Assembly (NCBI RefSeq): GCF_000143415.4
Contig: NW_003314268.1
Span: 1,410,672 to 1,474,671 of the forward strand
From: Selaginella moellendorffii
Taxonomy: Eukaryota > Plantae > Lycopodiophyta
Direction: 5' to 3'
DNA: 64,000 nt
The position numbers and the translations under genes are program-made. Under the pieces are notes generated by a model, which made no database searches, was not told the origin of the DNA, and saw only the letters and a list, made by a program, of their open reading frames with translations. Shown in pieces: positions 32,506-45,986 of this stretch. How positions within the stretch are numbered: the first letter of the stretch is position 1; each line of letters opens with the position of its first letter.

Positions 32506-33321
32506 ATGGCGCTAGAGCTCCAATCGCTCATCCTTTTCTTCTTCATGGCTTTGCTATGCTGCTACGCACTGGAATCTCGAGGTAAGCAGCAGCTCCCTCC
32601 ACTCTCGATCGCCCAGTATCGATCTTAACTTTCGTTGGTTTTTTCGTTGCCAGATCCAGGAACTTCGCGTAAACTTCTTCTCCGCGATCGCGAGGAACAG
32701 CCGGAGAGGCTCATTCCTTCCGGCCCCTCGGATCCAAAGCAGTACCAAAACTCGATCAGTCAGGCGGCTTGCCGCAAAGAATTCGGCATCGGGATCCCTG
32801 CGCCACCCTCCGGCAATCACCACCTCGAGCGAGAAGTTCCCACTGGACCGGAAGATCCATTCCAGCGCCTCAAGGACTTCGTTGCGTGCTGGAACTCGGC
32901 CGTCGGCAAGCCTCACCACGATGTCTTGACGCATCGATCTCAATCCATCCCAGTAACTTCATCTTCTTCCAAGGACTCTATCCCAGTTCCACCAGCAGCT
33001 TCTTCTTCCAAGAATTCTATCCCAGTTCCAGGAGCAGCTTCTTTTTCCAAGGATCCTATCCCAGTTCCAGCAGCAGCTTTTTCGTCCAAGGATTCTATCC
33101 CAGTTCCTTCTTCCAAGGATTCTATCTCAGTTCCAGTAGCAACGGATTCTTCTCAATCTGGTCCAGCAACTTCTTCCATAAATGCTATCCCAGCAGCTCG
33201 TTCTATCCCACCTCCAACTTTCAAGGACGATCCTTCCAGCAAGCAGCTCAATGCCATCCAACCCGAGAGGCAAGTTCCCTCTGGAGCCGATCCGATCCAT
33301 CACAAATCCCTGGAACCCTGA
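32506..33321 (+). CDS. CLE: Secreted CLE peptide precursor, 247 aa, 2 exons (32506-32581, 32654-33321), with one canonical and two variant CLE motifs
   Basis: Exon 1 encodes signal peptide MALELQSLILFFFMALLCCYALESR, then GTAAG...CAG phase-1 intron. C-terminal RQVPSGADPIHH (33268-33303) fits the CLE consensus RxVPSGPDPxHH; further motifs RLIPSGPSDPKQY and REVPTGPEDPFQR. Confidence 0.88.
32944..33200 (+). repeat. Coding 39-bp minisatellite (SSSKDSIPVPxAA), about 5-6 degenerate units
   Basis: Units such as TCTTCTTCCAAGGACTCTATCCCAGTTCCACCAGCAGCT at 32962, 33001, 33040, 33079 and shorter copies after. Confidence 0.9.
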
Positions 33322-33524
33322 CACTCTAGCTGACACTTTTTCTATCCTCTCCCTTTGTTTTCCTGTCGCCGAGCCAAAGTTTTGCTACAGAGACTAGCTT
33401 GGCCTGTAAAAATTTCTCTAATCATTAGAGAAGGAAAAGAATACGAGAAAGACGTACCTTGTCAATCTCAAACCGAGGACGTGCATCTGTTGGAGAAAAT
33501 ATAAATTTCGTCTCCATTGGATAG

Positions 33525-35843
33525 TTAGCTCCTAAGAGGTGCGCTACTGTAGCCCGGATGTTGCTGCGAGCGTAGAATCATTCCAGTCATGGAAGGCGTC
33601 TGATAGTCTCGATTGTATGAGTATCCTCTCGTCGTGGCTCGCTGTGAGAAATGCGAGCTTTGAGCCGAGAGAATGTACGCTCGACCACTTCTCTCGTAGA
33701 GCTGCCTGTTTCCAATCCTCTCCTGAATTTCTCCAAGCTCGGACTCAAGCGCCTTGGAGAGTTTGTCACCACCTTGCCACGAAAGCGAGGCTTGGATTAG
33801 CTGCTGAGTTGCTCGAAGACACGTCTGAGCTGCCTCGATGTCACCGGAATCTGCCAAAAAACCAGCCTCGGAGATCGTCTTTGCTGCCAGCAGCCGGTTC
33901 CTTTGTCGATCAACTTCCACGCTAACATGTTGCCGGTTGGCGCTCACGAAATCCGGACGAGCGATCGAGAGCTTCCGGGACGCAGTGTGAAGCTTCTCTC
34001 CACGTACTGGATCGGTGAAAGAGCACCTAGCTTCGAGGATAAACTGTTCCTTGAGGCTGAAGTTGAGTGCCGGGAGCTTAATCTCCAGAAGAACGTCTCG
34101 TTCCTCGTCGGCATAGAGATCCCCCAGCTTCACGGTTGCTCGTGACGAATCCTCCACGACCGAGCTTCTGTAGCTGCCAGCATGAACGCTCGTTATCCGA
34201 GACCCTCCGGCCTCACATCCTCCAAAGACTACCAGCTGAACGTCCTGGACGACAACGCTTAGAAGTCCCCCGACGCACTGAGCAAAAGCGTCCTGGACGC
34301 CACCTTCTGCCTGGATAAACGAGAAGGTTCCTCCCGAGACTTGAGAAATGGAGTGCATGGTCGCAGCGTCGTGATCAGCTCCGAATCCGAAAGTGTGGAC
34401 TGGAATGCGTGGCGATATCTGTCCGCTGTTGCTCAACCGTCGTGACAGTAGCTTGTGACGGTTGAAGCTGGAGCTTGGAGAGGAGTTGAAAACCTGGCCC
34501 CGAGTTCCCAGCGAGTAAGTGTCATGTCCGTCGGAGAGCAGCATTATACTCGCGACTGGATTCTTGTGCTGCCTCTCTTCCAAAACTTTCGATCCTTTGC
34601 GCAGCCCCTCGGCAATGTTCGTTCCTCCGGTGCAAACCAACGTCTCCACTGCTCGCAGCGCGAACTGCCGGCCTTCCTCCACCATAGTCTTGAGCGGGAA
34701 GAGCCTCTTTGCTGACGAGGAAAACACCACCACCGAGAGACGGTCCCGGGAGCTTAAGTTGCGGATCACAAACGCCATTGCTCGCTTGAGGAGCAAGAGC
34801 TTTGTCCCTGCCATGCTTCCGCTCACGTCCAGGACTGTCACTAGATCGATCGGCGCTCGATCCAAGACTGCTGGTTCTGTCCCGGAATCGAGAAGCTCCG
34901 GAGCTTTGACGTGAACCAGGACGTTGAAACTGTTCCGCTGCTCCGAGAATGACACGCTGCCAACTTCTGCGTAAGCGCTGAGCTCGAGCTTGGATCTTTG
35001 CTCGGACGAAGTCACATTTTCTGGAAACTCATCGTCGCAAGAGCCTTGGTTGGCGAGAGCTTCGTCATCGTCGTAAACGAGAGGTTCTATGGCTTGATGC
35101 TGCTGCTGCTGTTGCCTCGAGGGTGGCGACGCTCGACTGATTTCTTGAGTGGCATTGGCGTTTGCGATCGACTCGTCAATGATTCGTATGACGGGGTCCT
35201 GTTCCTCGTGTTGTTGTTGTTGTTCTTGGCGGAGAAGCTCATTGAAACTTGGCAGCGACGATGGTGGTGGGATGACGAGTGGCGGTGGCGGGGTCGAGGA
35301 TCTCTTGGGCTTGTTCGTGTCTGGAAGAGGGCCGTGCCATGGAACTTCCTTCCACCGGGATCGACACACGGGACACACCATGTTGCCGTGCTTCACGTTG
35401 GACGCAATGCACGAGAAGTGGAAGGTGTGCGAGCACTCGGCTGTGAAGAGGGCCTGTCCAACCCCGGTTTTGATAGCTTCCAGGCAGATCGGGCAAGAAC
35501 TCTGCAAGGAATCACACAAAGAACGATCAAAGATCGCGAAAAAAGAGAAGAGAGAGAGACAAGTAAGAACGCTACCCACAGCTAGACTCGACTAGAAAGA
35601 AGAAAACTATGATAAATATATCTTCTCGATCGAAAAGGAGGAATGCTTCTAATCCAGAGGAGAGCTTTGGATCTAGAGGTCTAAGAAGCATACCTTGATG
35701 GATGATCGTGCCGGCGTTGCCGGCCGGCCTTGGAAATCCCATTCTTCGTCGGATGGAAAGCCCTCGGAATCGGCCGGGAATGTCCAAGAACACATGCGCA
35801 ATCCAAGAACGCTCCTGGCGACGCTCCAGACCTTCTTCCCCAT
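33525..35843 (-). CDS. RING-finger + vWA + Vwaint protein (E3 ligase, At5g60710/WAV3-related family), 2 exons
   Basis: Exon 1 MGKKVWSVARSVLGLRMC...; CPICL...TAECSHTFHFSCI...CPVCR RING; DLVTVLDVSGSM MIDAS; LLSDG; C-terminal HFSQRATT...YQTPSM. Confidence 0.92.
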
Positions 35844-37032
35844 TTTTCTTTCCCTGCTCGAGCCGCTTGAGCCGCTCTCTCGCAACCGATGCTCCTAGCC
35901 TATCACTCGTCAGGAGAAATCCCCGGCATTGCCGCTGGAAGATCACAGGAAGCGATCAAGAAGAAGGAGAGGAAGCGATCGATCCATGACGCGCAAGAAT
36001 GCCGGTAGCTGGAATGTCAAAGCTGGATATTCGGGCCGCGCAGTGCGCCCTGTTGACGATGATCGTGCGTAGATAGCTGAAACACGATCGAAAGAGCAAC
36101 GAAGAAGAACAGTAGCTCTCTCCCTCTCGCCTCTCTTTGGTCAAACCTAGGCCCCAGAGCCAGAGAGATCACACGTGGCACTACACGCAGAGTAAAGATA
36201 TCTACGTGTCTGCCATCGTGGCAAGTGGTATATTCTAAGCTGACTTAGGGCAAAATCTTACGTTACACTAAATAGTTTTTAAAAGAGATACTTATTTACT
36301 CCGACGTAGGGCAGGTTTTTGAGAGCGTGGCTCCATGTCATGACCAATTGTTCTTCTTCCATCTTCGCCCTCTCCAACACCGGATGTTTCAAGCCACGAT
36401 ATCGTGCTTGGTCATGGCGATTCACCCTTGCGAGGTCTCTGTCTTGGATCAAACAAGTCGCTACTGGGGCGAGAAGGTGAGACAAATGTAGTCGCTCTAG
36501 GATTCTAACGATTGTTTTGCCTTGGTTGAACGATCGTGAGCTTCTAGGCTATATACTTCAAAGTGTTCATCTTTCTGATCCTAGAACAGGAAACAAAGAA
36601 AGTTGCCTTTAAGAAATTCCATAGAACGTTTTCTAAACATTTTAAGTTGTATTATTTCTGGGAGAACTCGATAATGCTAACAAGAAGTTTATTTCTCATC
36701 TTGCCTCAAATCAGCAGCTTTGAATCTAAAATCAGCTGGTTATTTCCTGGTTTTTGACTGTCCTCTCAAATATATGACTGAGATGAAACACTTTATGCCT
36801 TGTGTCTTAAACTATTATAATGCCAATACAATGGAGGAGAGTCAAAGATTTGAAGATAGAAGAAGACTTTAGAAAGAACAGTTTGTAACAGGTATTGTTG
36901 GTTCTCGTTGTCACAGATCAGACAATTTATGTAATTTTAAATGGGAACACTGTTGAGTTTTTAATTTTCTTTTTATATAATTTTCTTGTTATATTTTTTT
37001 TACTTATAAATACAATTAGCAACAATTATCAT

Positions 37033-38883
<1,851 letters not shown>

Positions 38884-38906
38884 TTACCATCTTTTAAAAC
38901 CATGTA

Positions 38907-41804
38907 TCAAGAAGCTTGAGTCTGTGTGTAGATGTTGGACAAAACAACGTAAGCAGCCGGGATGGATGGATCCAGCAGCGTGATCCGACGAGCAGCACGC
39001 TTCCCCCTCTCCGGATTCCCATGCATCCGGCACGCTGCAAGCAAAGTCATCCAGACTTTGCTATCCGACCGAGACGGGAGACGATCCACGAGCTTCTCGG
39101 CGAGATCCAAATGCCCAGCTCGTCCCAGCACGTCGATGATGCAGTTATAGTGCTCCAGCCGGGGACTGATGCCATAGTCATCGATCATGGAGACGAAGTA
39201 CTTGCACCCCTCCTCGAGGAGGCCCGAGTGGTCGCAGCCCGAGAGGATGCTCAAGAACACAACGTCGTCGACTTTCACTCCATCCTGTTCCATGATCTTC
39301 ACCAGCTTGAGCGCCTGCTCGATCTCGCTGTGCTGCGCGTAGGCCACGATCAAGCTCGTCCAAGTCACCACGTCCCTGTGAAGCATCTCGTCGAAGATCT
39401 TCCGCGCTTCTTGGAGGCTGCCACACTTTCCATACATGTTGACGAGCGCCGTGGCTGCTACCGTGTCGAGCCGGTTGGAGAAGCCGTGATCGAGCATGTA
39501 GCCGTGGATGAGTTTGCCGTGAGCGAGGCCTCCCGCGAGGCCGGAGCACGCGTCTAGAGCAGCAACGTACGTGACTTTGTCTCGAGCCACGTCCATCTTC
39601 CAAAACATCTCCACCGCGTCCCGGTTGAGGCCCTTCTCAACGTAAGCCGCGAGGATGGTGTTCCAGGAGACGGTGTTCCTCTCGGCCATGGCGTCAAAGA
39701 CGTTTCTCGCTGCTTCGTGGTCGCCAAGCTTCGCGTACATGAAGATGAGCGCGTTTGCAACGCCGGTCCTCTTGTCGAAGCCGCTCTCCACGACCATCTG
39801 GTGGATGCTGCTCCCTTCTTTGGCGTTTGCTTGCTTCGTGCAAGCGTCGAGCATGCTGATGCACGTAACTTCGTCTGGTCTCGAGCCTTCCAGCTTCATC
39901 CTCTGAAAGAATTTGTGAGCGTCGGCATAGCAGCCGTGCTGAATCGCGGCCGATATCAGTGAGTTCCACGACACGCTGTTCCGTGACGGCATCCCCTCGA
40001 ACATCTTTCGTGCGGCGTCCAGGGATCCACACTTTGCGTACATCGCTGTGAGAGAGTTGTGGACGATGATGGACTCGAATCCAAGCTGGGAGATCCAGTC
40101 GTGCAGCAGGATCCCCTGAGCCAAGTGTGCTGGACTGCTGCAAGTCCCAAGCATGAGTACGAACGTTACCGCGTCTGCCTTGACGCCTTGTAGCTGCATC
40201 TGCTGGAAGCTCCGCAAAGCCTGGAAGTGATCGCTGTACCGAGCATAGGCTCCGATTATTGTGTTCCAGGCGATGGTGTTCCTCTCGTGAACTTCACAGG
40301 AACTTCGCTTCACGTCTTCAAGGCTGCCACACTTTCCATACATCCCCAGCAGGAAACTCTTGACAACCTCGTCCCGGTCGAGTCCCATGTCGACAACGCT
40401 GCGATGGATAGACTTGCCTTCGCCCAAGTCTTCTCCGCTCGAGCACGCGTTGAGCAACGTAGCGTAAGTCACCTTGGTTGGCGAAAGCCCATCTTGCTGC
40501 ATTCGCCAAAGGCATCTCAGTCCTTCCTTGCAGTCTCCACTCTGAGCATACCCCGATATCATAATGTTCCAGGAAATCACGTCCCGCTTGGGCATCTCAC
40601 GGAGCACTAAATCGGCTTCGTCAACATCCCCGGTCTTGCAGTACATGTCCACCAGAGCATTTCCCAGCGAGGTATCCAAACTCATTCCAGCTTCCAACAC
40701 ATAGCCATGGACCTGTCTCCCATCTGTTAAGTTGCAAGCTCTCAGCACGGCCACCATGGTGATCAAGTTCGGACGAATCCCTTCGAGCTCCATCTTCCGG
40801 AACAGTAACACGGACTCTCTTCCCAGATGACCATACTGCGCAAAGTTCCCGATGACGGACGTCCAGGAAACCACGTTTGGACTCTCCATCCTGCTGAAGA
40901 GCTGGAAGGCGTCTTCGGGGCTTCTACACTTTCCATACATGTTGATGAGAGCATTTGCCGCATAAATGTCGGTCTCCAGCCCCGACTCGCGTATATAAGC
41001 GTGCACTTTTCTGCCATCGTCCAATGCCCCCTCGACAGTGCAGGCTCTGAGACAGGTGACAAACGTAACGCTGTCCGGACGAACACCTTCCAGCTGCATT
41101 CTCTTGTAGAGTTCCAAAGCCTGCACAGCGTCGTTTTCAGAGTTAGCATAAGCTCCAAGCAACGCAGACCAGGCCGCTACATGCAAAGGATCGAGCTTAC
41201 CAAAGACTTCTGAGGCAGCGTCCAAGTCCCCGCATTTTCCATACATGTTTACGAGCGCACTGCCCACCCTGCCGTTGCTTTCCAGTCCATATTCCACCAA
41301 GTTAGCGTGGATTTGCTTCCCATCTGCGAGAGATCCGCAAGTAGTACACGCACCGAGAGCTGTGACGAAGGCCACCCTGTCGACTTGGAAACCACGTAGC
41401 TGCATCTCTCTGAGTAACCGGATAGCTTCTTTGCAGTAACCATGCTGTGAGAAAGCTGCCATGTTCACGGTCCAAGTTACTACTGTCTGCTCTTGCATAC
41501 TGTAGAGTGTTCGTCGAGCATCAGCTACAGAACCACACTTGAGATACATCTCAATGAGCCTGTTGCCCAGAAATGTGCCTCCGTCCAATCCTTGCCGCGA
41601 TATATGTGCGTGAACCAGCTTTCCCTGTTGAAGGGCTCTGTGTCGGCCACATTCGCTTATGATATCGGCAAGAGTGGCTGGAGAAGCATCGTCAAGACGG
41701 GCAAGAAACTTACACTGCCACTCAGAGCGAGAAGAACTTCCATGACAGCGTAGAAAGATTCCTGGTTTTTGGAAAGCAATGTGCTTGCCCCTCAGCGGTC
41801 TCAT
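38907..41804 (-). CDS. PLS-class PPR protein ending in a partial E domain (no DYW)
   Basis: 970-aa ORF with PLS motifs ending HYNCIIDVLGRAG...YVVLSNIY; first ATG at 41804. Confidence 0.92.
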   Translation of the reverse strand: MRPLRGKHIAFQKPGIFLRCHGSSSRSEWQCKFLARLDDASPATLADIISECGRHRALQQGKLVHAHISRQGLDGGTFLGNRLIEMYLKCGSVADARRTLYSMQEQTVVTWTVNMAAFSQHGYCKEAIRLLREMQLRGFQVDRVAFVTALGACTTCGSLADGKQIHANLVEYGLESNGRVGSALVNMYGKCGDLDAASEVFGKLDPLHVAAWSALLGAYANSENDAVQALELYKRMQLEGVRPDSVTFVTCLRACTVEGALDDGRKVHAYIRESGLETDIYAANALINMYGKCRSPEDAFQLFSRMESPNVVSWTSVIGNFAQYGHLGRESVLLFRKMELEGIRPNLITMVAVLRACNLTDGRQVHGYVLEAGMSLDTSLGNALVDMYCKTGDVDEADLVLREMPKRDVISWNIMISGYAQSGDCKEGLRCLWRMQQDGLSPTKVTYATLLNACSSGEDLGEGKSIHRSVVDMGLDRDEVVKSFLLGMYGKCGSLEDVKRSSCEVHERNTIAWNTIIGAYARYSDHFQALRSFQQMQLQGVKADAVTFVLMLGTCSSPAHLAQGILLHDWISQLGFESIIVHNSLTAMYAKCGSLDAARKMFEGMPSRNSVSWNSLISAAIQHGCYADAHKFFQRMKLEGSRPDEVTCISMLDACTKQANAKEGSSIHQMVVESGFDKRTGVANALIFMYAKLGDHEAARNVFDAMAERNTVSWNTILAAYVEKGLNRDAVEMFWKMDVARDKVTYVAALDACSGLAGGLAHGKLIHGYMLDHGFSNRLDTVAATALVNMYGKCGSLQEARKIFDEMLHRDVVTWTSLIVAYAQHSEIEQALKLVKIMEQDGVKVDDVVFLSILSGCDHSGLLEEGCKYFVSMIDDYGISPRLEHYNCIIDVLGRAGHLDLAEKLVDRLPSRSDSKVWMTLLAACRMHGNPERGKRAARRITLLDPSIPAAYVVLSNIYTQTQAS

Positions 41805-41860
41805 ATAAACAAGAATCACTAGCCGGGAAGCATCTCAGCGTCCCAGAATCAATGCAAACA

Positions 41861-42789
41861 CTAGTCAATAAATTCTTCCAAGAGACCCTGCAGAATAAAA
41901 AATCTATTGAGGATCAAAGAATCTAAAGGCATAAGAGTCTTACCTGGGAAATCAATGGTTCTGCTTCTGATCGTTTAATCAAATGTATCGAGTTCCGAAG
42001 CAGCGACGTTGACTGATCGTCTAAGTACACATTTCCGACGTTCTCCAAAACTTTCACTTGAATGTAAGGATCTTTTGGTGGTGACAAATCCTGCATACGA
42101 TAAATGAAATAGTAAGAAAAAGGTTTCCAGATAAACATGAAAAAACATACCACTGAAAGATCAAGATCGATGCTCGACATATAAACCCCCAGAGAATCTG
42201 AATACTGCTTGAAATAATTCTTTTCCGAGTAGCTCAGCTTGCTCTGGATATCATCTGGAAGCACAGCACCAAGTTGCCATCGTAGTCTCTGAACCGTTTG
42301 AGCTCGATGGTAGCTGAAAAAAATAAAATGGAAGACAATTTAGGACTCAAGAACGAAAAAGAAACCAAGAAAAAAAAAAAAAAACGGAGAGAGAAGCACA
42401 AACATGTAAGCTAGAAGGCATCGCTTATTACGAAGAATGCTCGTGTGATGCGTTAATCCTCCATAAAAGTCCGCATTTTTGGTGGTTTGAGCGTCCAATC
42501 CTTCTTCATGCATTTTCCTGTCTAAATTCTCACAGATCAGACAATAGAGGAATCGAGAGGCAAACGCGAAATGCCAGAAAATCGCCTCACTTACGTCAAT
42601 CTGGCCTCGAGCTGCTCGAAATGCTCGCTCGTCTCGTTCAAAACCTGCTCGAAGAGATCATTCTGCAAGAATGCCAGTATAAACAGAGAAAATCTAGGCC
42701 ATCTAGAAGCTCACATTGAACCGCGACAGCTGATCTTCCTCCGTGTGCAAGAGCTCGACGCACAGCTGTGCTCCTTTCCTCCCAAACAT
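41861..42789 (-). CDS. PSF1: GINS complex subunit PSF1, multi-exon
   Basis: MFGRKGAQL..., HHTSILRNKRCLLAY, LPDDIQSKLSYSEKNYFKQYS, PPKDPYIQVKVL, RSEAEPLISQ/GLLEEFID*. Confidence 0.92.
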
Positions 42790-42903
42790 TCCCTTGGAAA
42801 TAGGAACCCTAATTGTGCCCTAAACCGGTATGAAGGGTAAAGTCCCAATAAATGCCTATGAAAAGAAGGTTTAGACAATGGAGGAACAGAAAGTTTGCAA
42901 TCT

Positions 42904-42911
42904 TTTGGCGG
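42904..42911 (+). promoter_or_regulatory. E2F-like site TTTGGCGG upstream of PSF1
   Basis: Matches the TTTSSCGS consensus about 115 bp upstream of the ATG of a replication gene. Confidence 0.5.
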
Positions 42912-43499
42912 ATTGAGAGTCCGCTGTTCATCTGAATGAGTTTTAGCCGTTTTAAAACATTGTGCTGAATCAAGTTGAAAGCTGAATGGTATGGAGAAGT
43001 ATAAGACTCTATGAATGCAATGCAATTGAGCCTCTGCCTCCCTCCACGCTCCAGTTACTCCCCAGGTACTCAGCTCGCTCAATCCCCAGCTCAAGTCGCT
43101 CAAGCTTGAAGAGTTTCAAGTCTCAGAAGATGCGGGACGTGATTCCAGGTTCCACGCTCCCAAGACTTGGTGTCATGTCGAGACGACATGTTAATACGGC
43201 TCTTGAGTTCGAGTGCCAAATCCGCACCAAAGTGCACAACCGGTCCTGGATTGCCCCGATCGAGTTTCGCGACAGCCCGATCCTTTCAACATCTGACAAG
43301 GGGAAGCGTCAAGTTGCATGTCACTCCATTTTGGACGGTCAACTATCGAAGTGTATGCATAGAGAACCACCAGCGTTGACGATGACGTCTCGGGGTGACA
43401 AATCACAACCTTGTCAAACCGTCGAGGATACTTTCTACAAAACATATGTACACTTTTGGAGAAATTAAAAAAACACCAAAAAATCTTTTCTCGTAAAGA

Positions 43500-44769
43500 C
43501 TATTTTAGAAGAGAATATCTGTGTGTCGCCCAACGCTATGTACGATCCGACTGGGACCTCCGCATCCCAGCCAATACTGACTTGGAGTGACCATGTAGAA
43601 CTCAACACTGTCAGCTCCAAACTTCTGCATCACTTTGAGTTGGACGAGATGGAAAACCTGTAAAACTGCCACCACCTTTCATTCTGTGTACACCCAGTGT
43701 CAATGGGATTCTCTAGCGCATCGTATCTGGAATTCTTCGACTTCGCCAGGTTGAGCAAGGCACGGTATCTGGACGACCTGAAAGTGGATCAAATGCCGGA
43801 CACAACCTTTCTTCACAAGCTGAGCCACCCTTGCCCCCAAACACCTCAGGATTCTTGATCTTCCGACGACAGGTCCTATGTCGACCGCCTGAAATGCTCT
43901 CTCACCACTCCAGTCTTCAGATCTTCAAAGCTGTGTTTCTAGCACATAACAAAACCTTGGAGCAGCTGATGCCCATGCAGTTTCGTGAAGATCAGCCACC
44001 TCTGGCCGTCTTGTAACCGGAGACACGTACTGGAGACACTGATGTACTGGAGGCACTCGTGTAGCTCCTCAGTATCACGTCTCCCACCCAATTGGTGATG
44101 GACTCCAAGGTTCCACCGACAAAAGACTTCTCTCGGATTGCCTCCCTAGTGCCAGTACCTGCGTCTTGAGGCGTCCAGATCTTTGTCCGGGAGGACTTCT
44201 TTCTGGAGAGGGCTCAGCTCGTTGCTCGACCACATGGGGAGATAGAAAGTCCTGCATTTCGTGTCCTTTTGGTAGTCCTTGTAGTTTTCTCTCATTGGGC
44301 TGCTTACCAAGAGTGCCTTGCTGATGAAAAGAGGGACGTTTTTCAGCTCCACGTCCGCCAAGAAACATATATCTGGATCTGCCTCAAGTTCCACTTCCAC
44401 ATACGTCCTGATAGTCTTACAAGACTCTGTAGCTTCCATTACCATCTGGCAGGAAGTAATAGAGAGATCCCCCTCTGGTCAGCAGCAGTACCTTCTGCTT
44501 TTCCTTGAGCAGCAGCGCCAGAACGTAGAGGACGAAACCAGGTTCCCAAGCACCAAAGCAGCCTGTCTTCCTTCACACTGGAAAAGGCTCCACCTTGAGC
44601 TTCCACACATCCCTGAAGCATTCTTGCTTGATGATCTTTGAGTCTTCCGAATCCCAAATGGACTCAATCATTGGATTGTCATCCAAGTCAAGCATCTGCA
44701 GTACCATGGAGTCCCATGTGTTCAACAAGATGCCATCCGTTTCTTTCCGTGGAAGTGAAGATTAAACTC
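43500..44769 (-). pseudogene. Crinkler/RHS-like P-loop NTPase (CR-type effector) pseudogene, copy A
   Basis: Frameshifted pieces: ALVLGN(PG...)..LYVLALLLKEK (Walker A region partly deleted), DPDICFLAD, LLVSSP.RENYKDYQK, FYLPMWSSNEL, RYWH*GGNPREV. These match the CRN/RHS NTPase motif order. Confidence 0.65.
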
Positions 44770-44961
44770 TGGGGGCAGAAGGAGACGACCACAATTCCTA
44801 ACATGCTGCATAAAGTTTTAAATAAACTGAAGGAAAAGTTCTCATATTCAAATAGTCTCAAATATATATTTGCAAAAGAAATATAAAAAATAAATGAAAA
44901 ATTATAAAGTAATAATAATTACCTTAGCTTTGTAATTTTTAAACAGGAATAACAAAACATT

Positions 44962-45817
44962 TTAGTTTTATAACACTCTTTTAATCTGCTCTATGAATTC
45001 CCTAGCAACGAGAGTATGTTTGCTTTGTGGGATGTATCATATCCCAAAAGACATAATCAGTTGAATTTTTGCACAGACCGCTCAATGTATTTTTATGTGA
45101 GAGGCAATTAGGGCAACAACCTCCTGCAGTTCTTCACAAAAGATTTAATTGGTGAGTAACCATCTATGAATGCACTTCTCATCCCTGGTAATCTTTCTGC
45201 TGCCCTTAGAAAAATCCCCCGAGCCTGTGTGTTGAATTGCTCTACCAAATTATTGATTTCAAATTTCCACCTGAAGTAACAATAGGTGAGCATCCTAGCG
45301 GCCCAACACTCCATATTCGTAAAGTTGTTGCAAACGTTTCTCTAATGACATTAACATCCCTTCCAAGTCCACATCCATAATGTTTTGAAGATTTGCTGCG
45401 ATATCATTTCCACCAGAAGAGATCACAACAATGAGATTCTTCTTGGAGATCTTCATGGAGAATTCCCTGATTTGTTTTAGCTGCTCACTAAATGGCACGA
45501 CACCCCAGTCCGAATGAGTCGAGTTGAGTAATCCACTACCATCAGATGCAAAGTTGATACTAGGAAAAACTTGGTCCTCAACTTTCAAACCCAGGAATGG
45601 CCTGGAAAAGGGCAAACCCAGGGCCTTGTTTATCAGATCTGGGATGATGAATCCATCACTGCACCTCCCAGATGGTTTGGCATACCGTGTTTCCCCATAA
45701 GTATTTGTTAGTTCCCACATCAAAGATTGAATCTCCCATATAGATGGTCCTAAGCTGAGGAATTGACCATCCAAACACGCAAGCCAAGATCGCATGCACG
45801 AACACTAAAATCCTCAT
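44962..45817 (-). pseudogene. GDSL esterase/lipase pseudogene (copy A)
   Basis: Paralog of 54795-55751 with several deletions and frameshifts, e.g. loss of VKNSVSRCDFVP after TNKY. Confidence 0.9.
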
Positions 45818-45986
45818 CTCGCCAAAAACCTTTGTTGGCATGTTTATAAAAGGAAAAGGTTACTACTAACTAAACTCGAAAACCTAAAGTTTAAATGGTA
45901 AAGATAAAGATTTTCTATCTTCTTTTTTTTTTCTTTTTTTATCCAATGATCATTTGAACTCCACAAAGGTCCATTCTTAGGAATTG

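Noticed and set aside
32944-33200. CRISPR-like or prokaryotic repeat array
   Set aside because: Contiguous in-frame coding repeats without unique spacers, in a eukaryotic intron-containing context.
17016-35843. NRL + Aux/IAA + CLE + RING-vWA as a developmental gene cluster
   Set aside because: Interspersed with unrelated genes; the RING-vWA looks closer to the At5g60710 type than WAV3; no synteny or co-expression evidence available.
42986-43468. 160-aa ORF divergent from PSF1
   Set aside because: No recognisable domain or coding-like composition; cannot be supported without a search.
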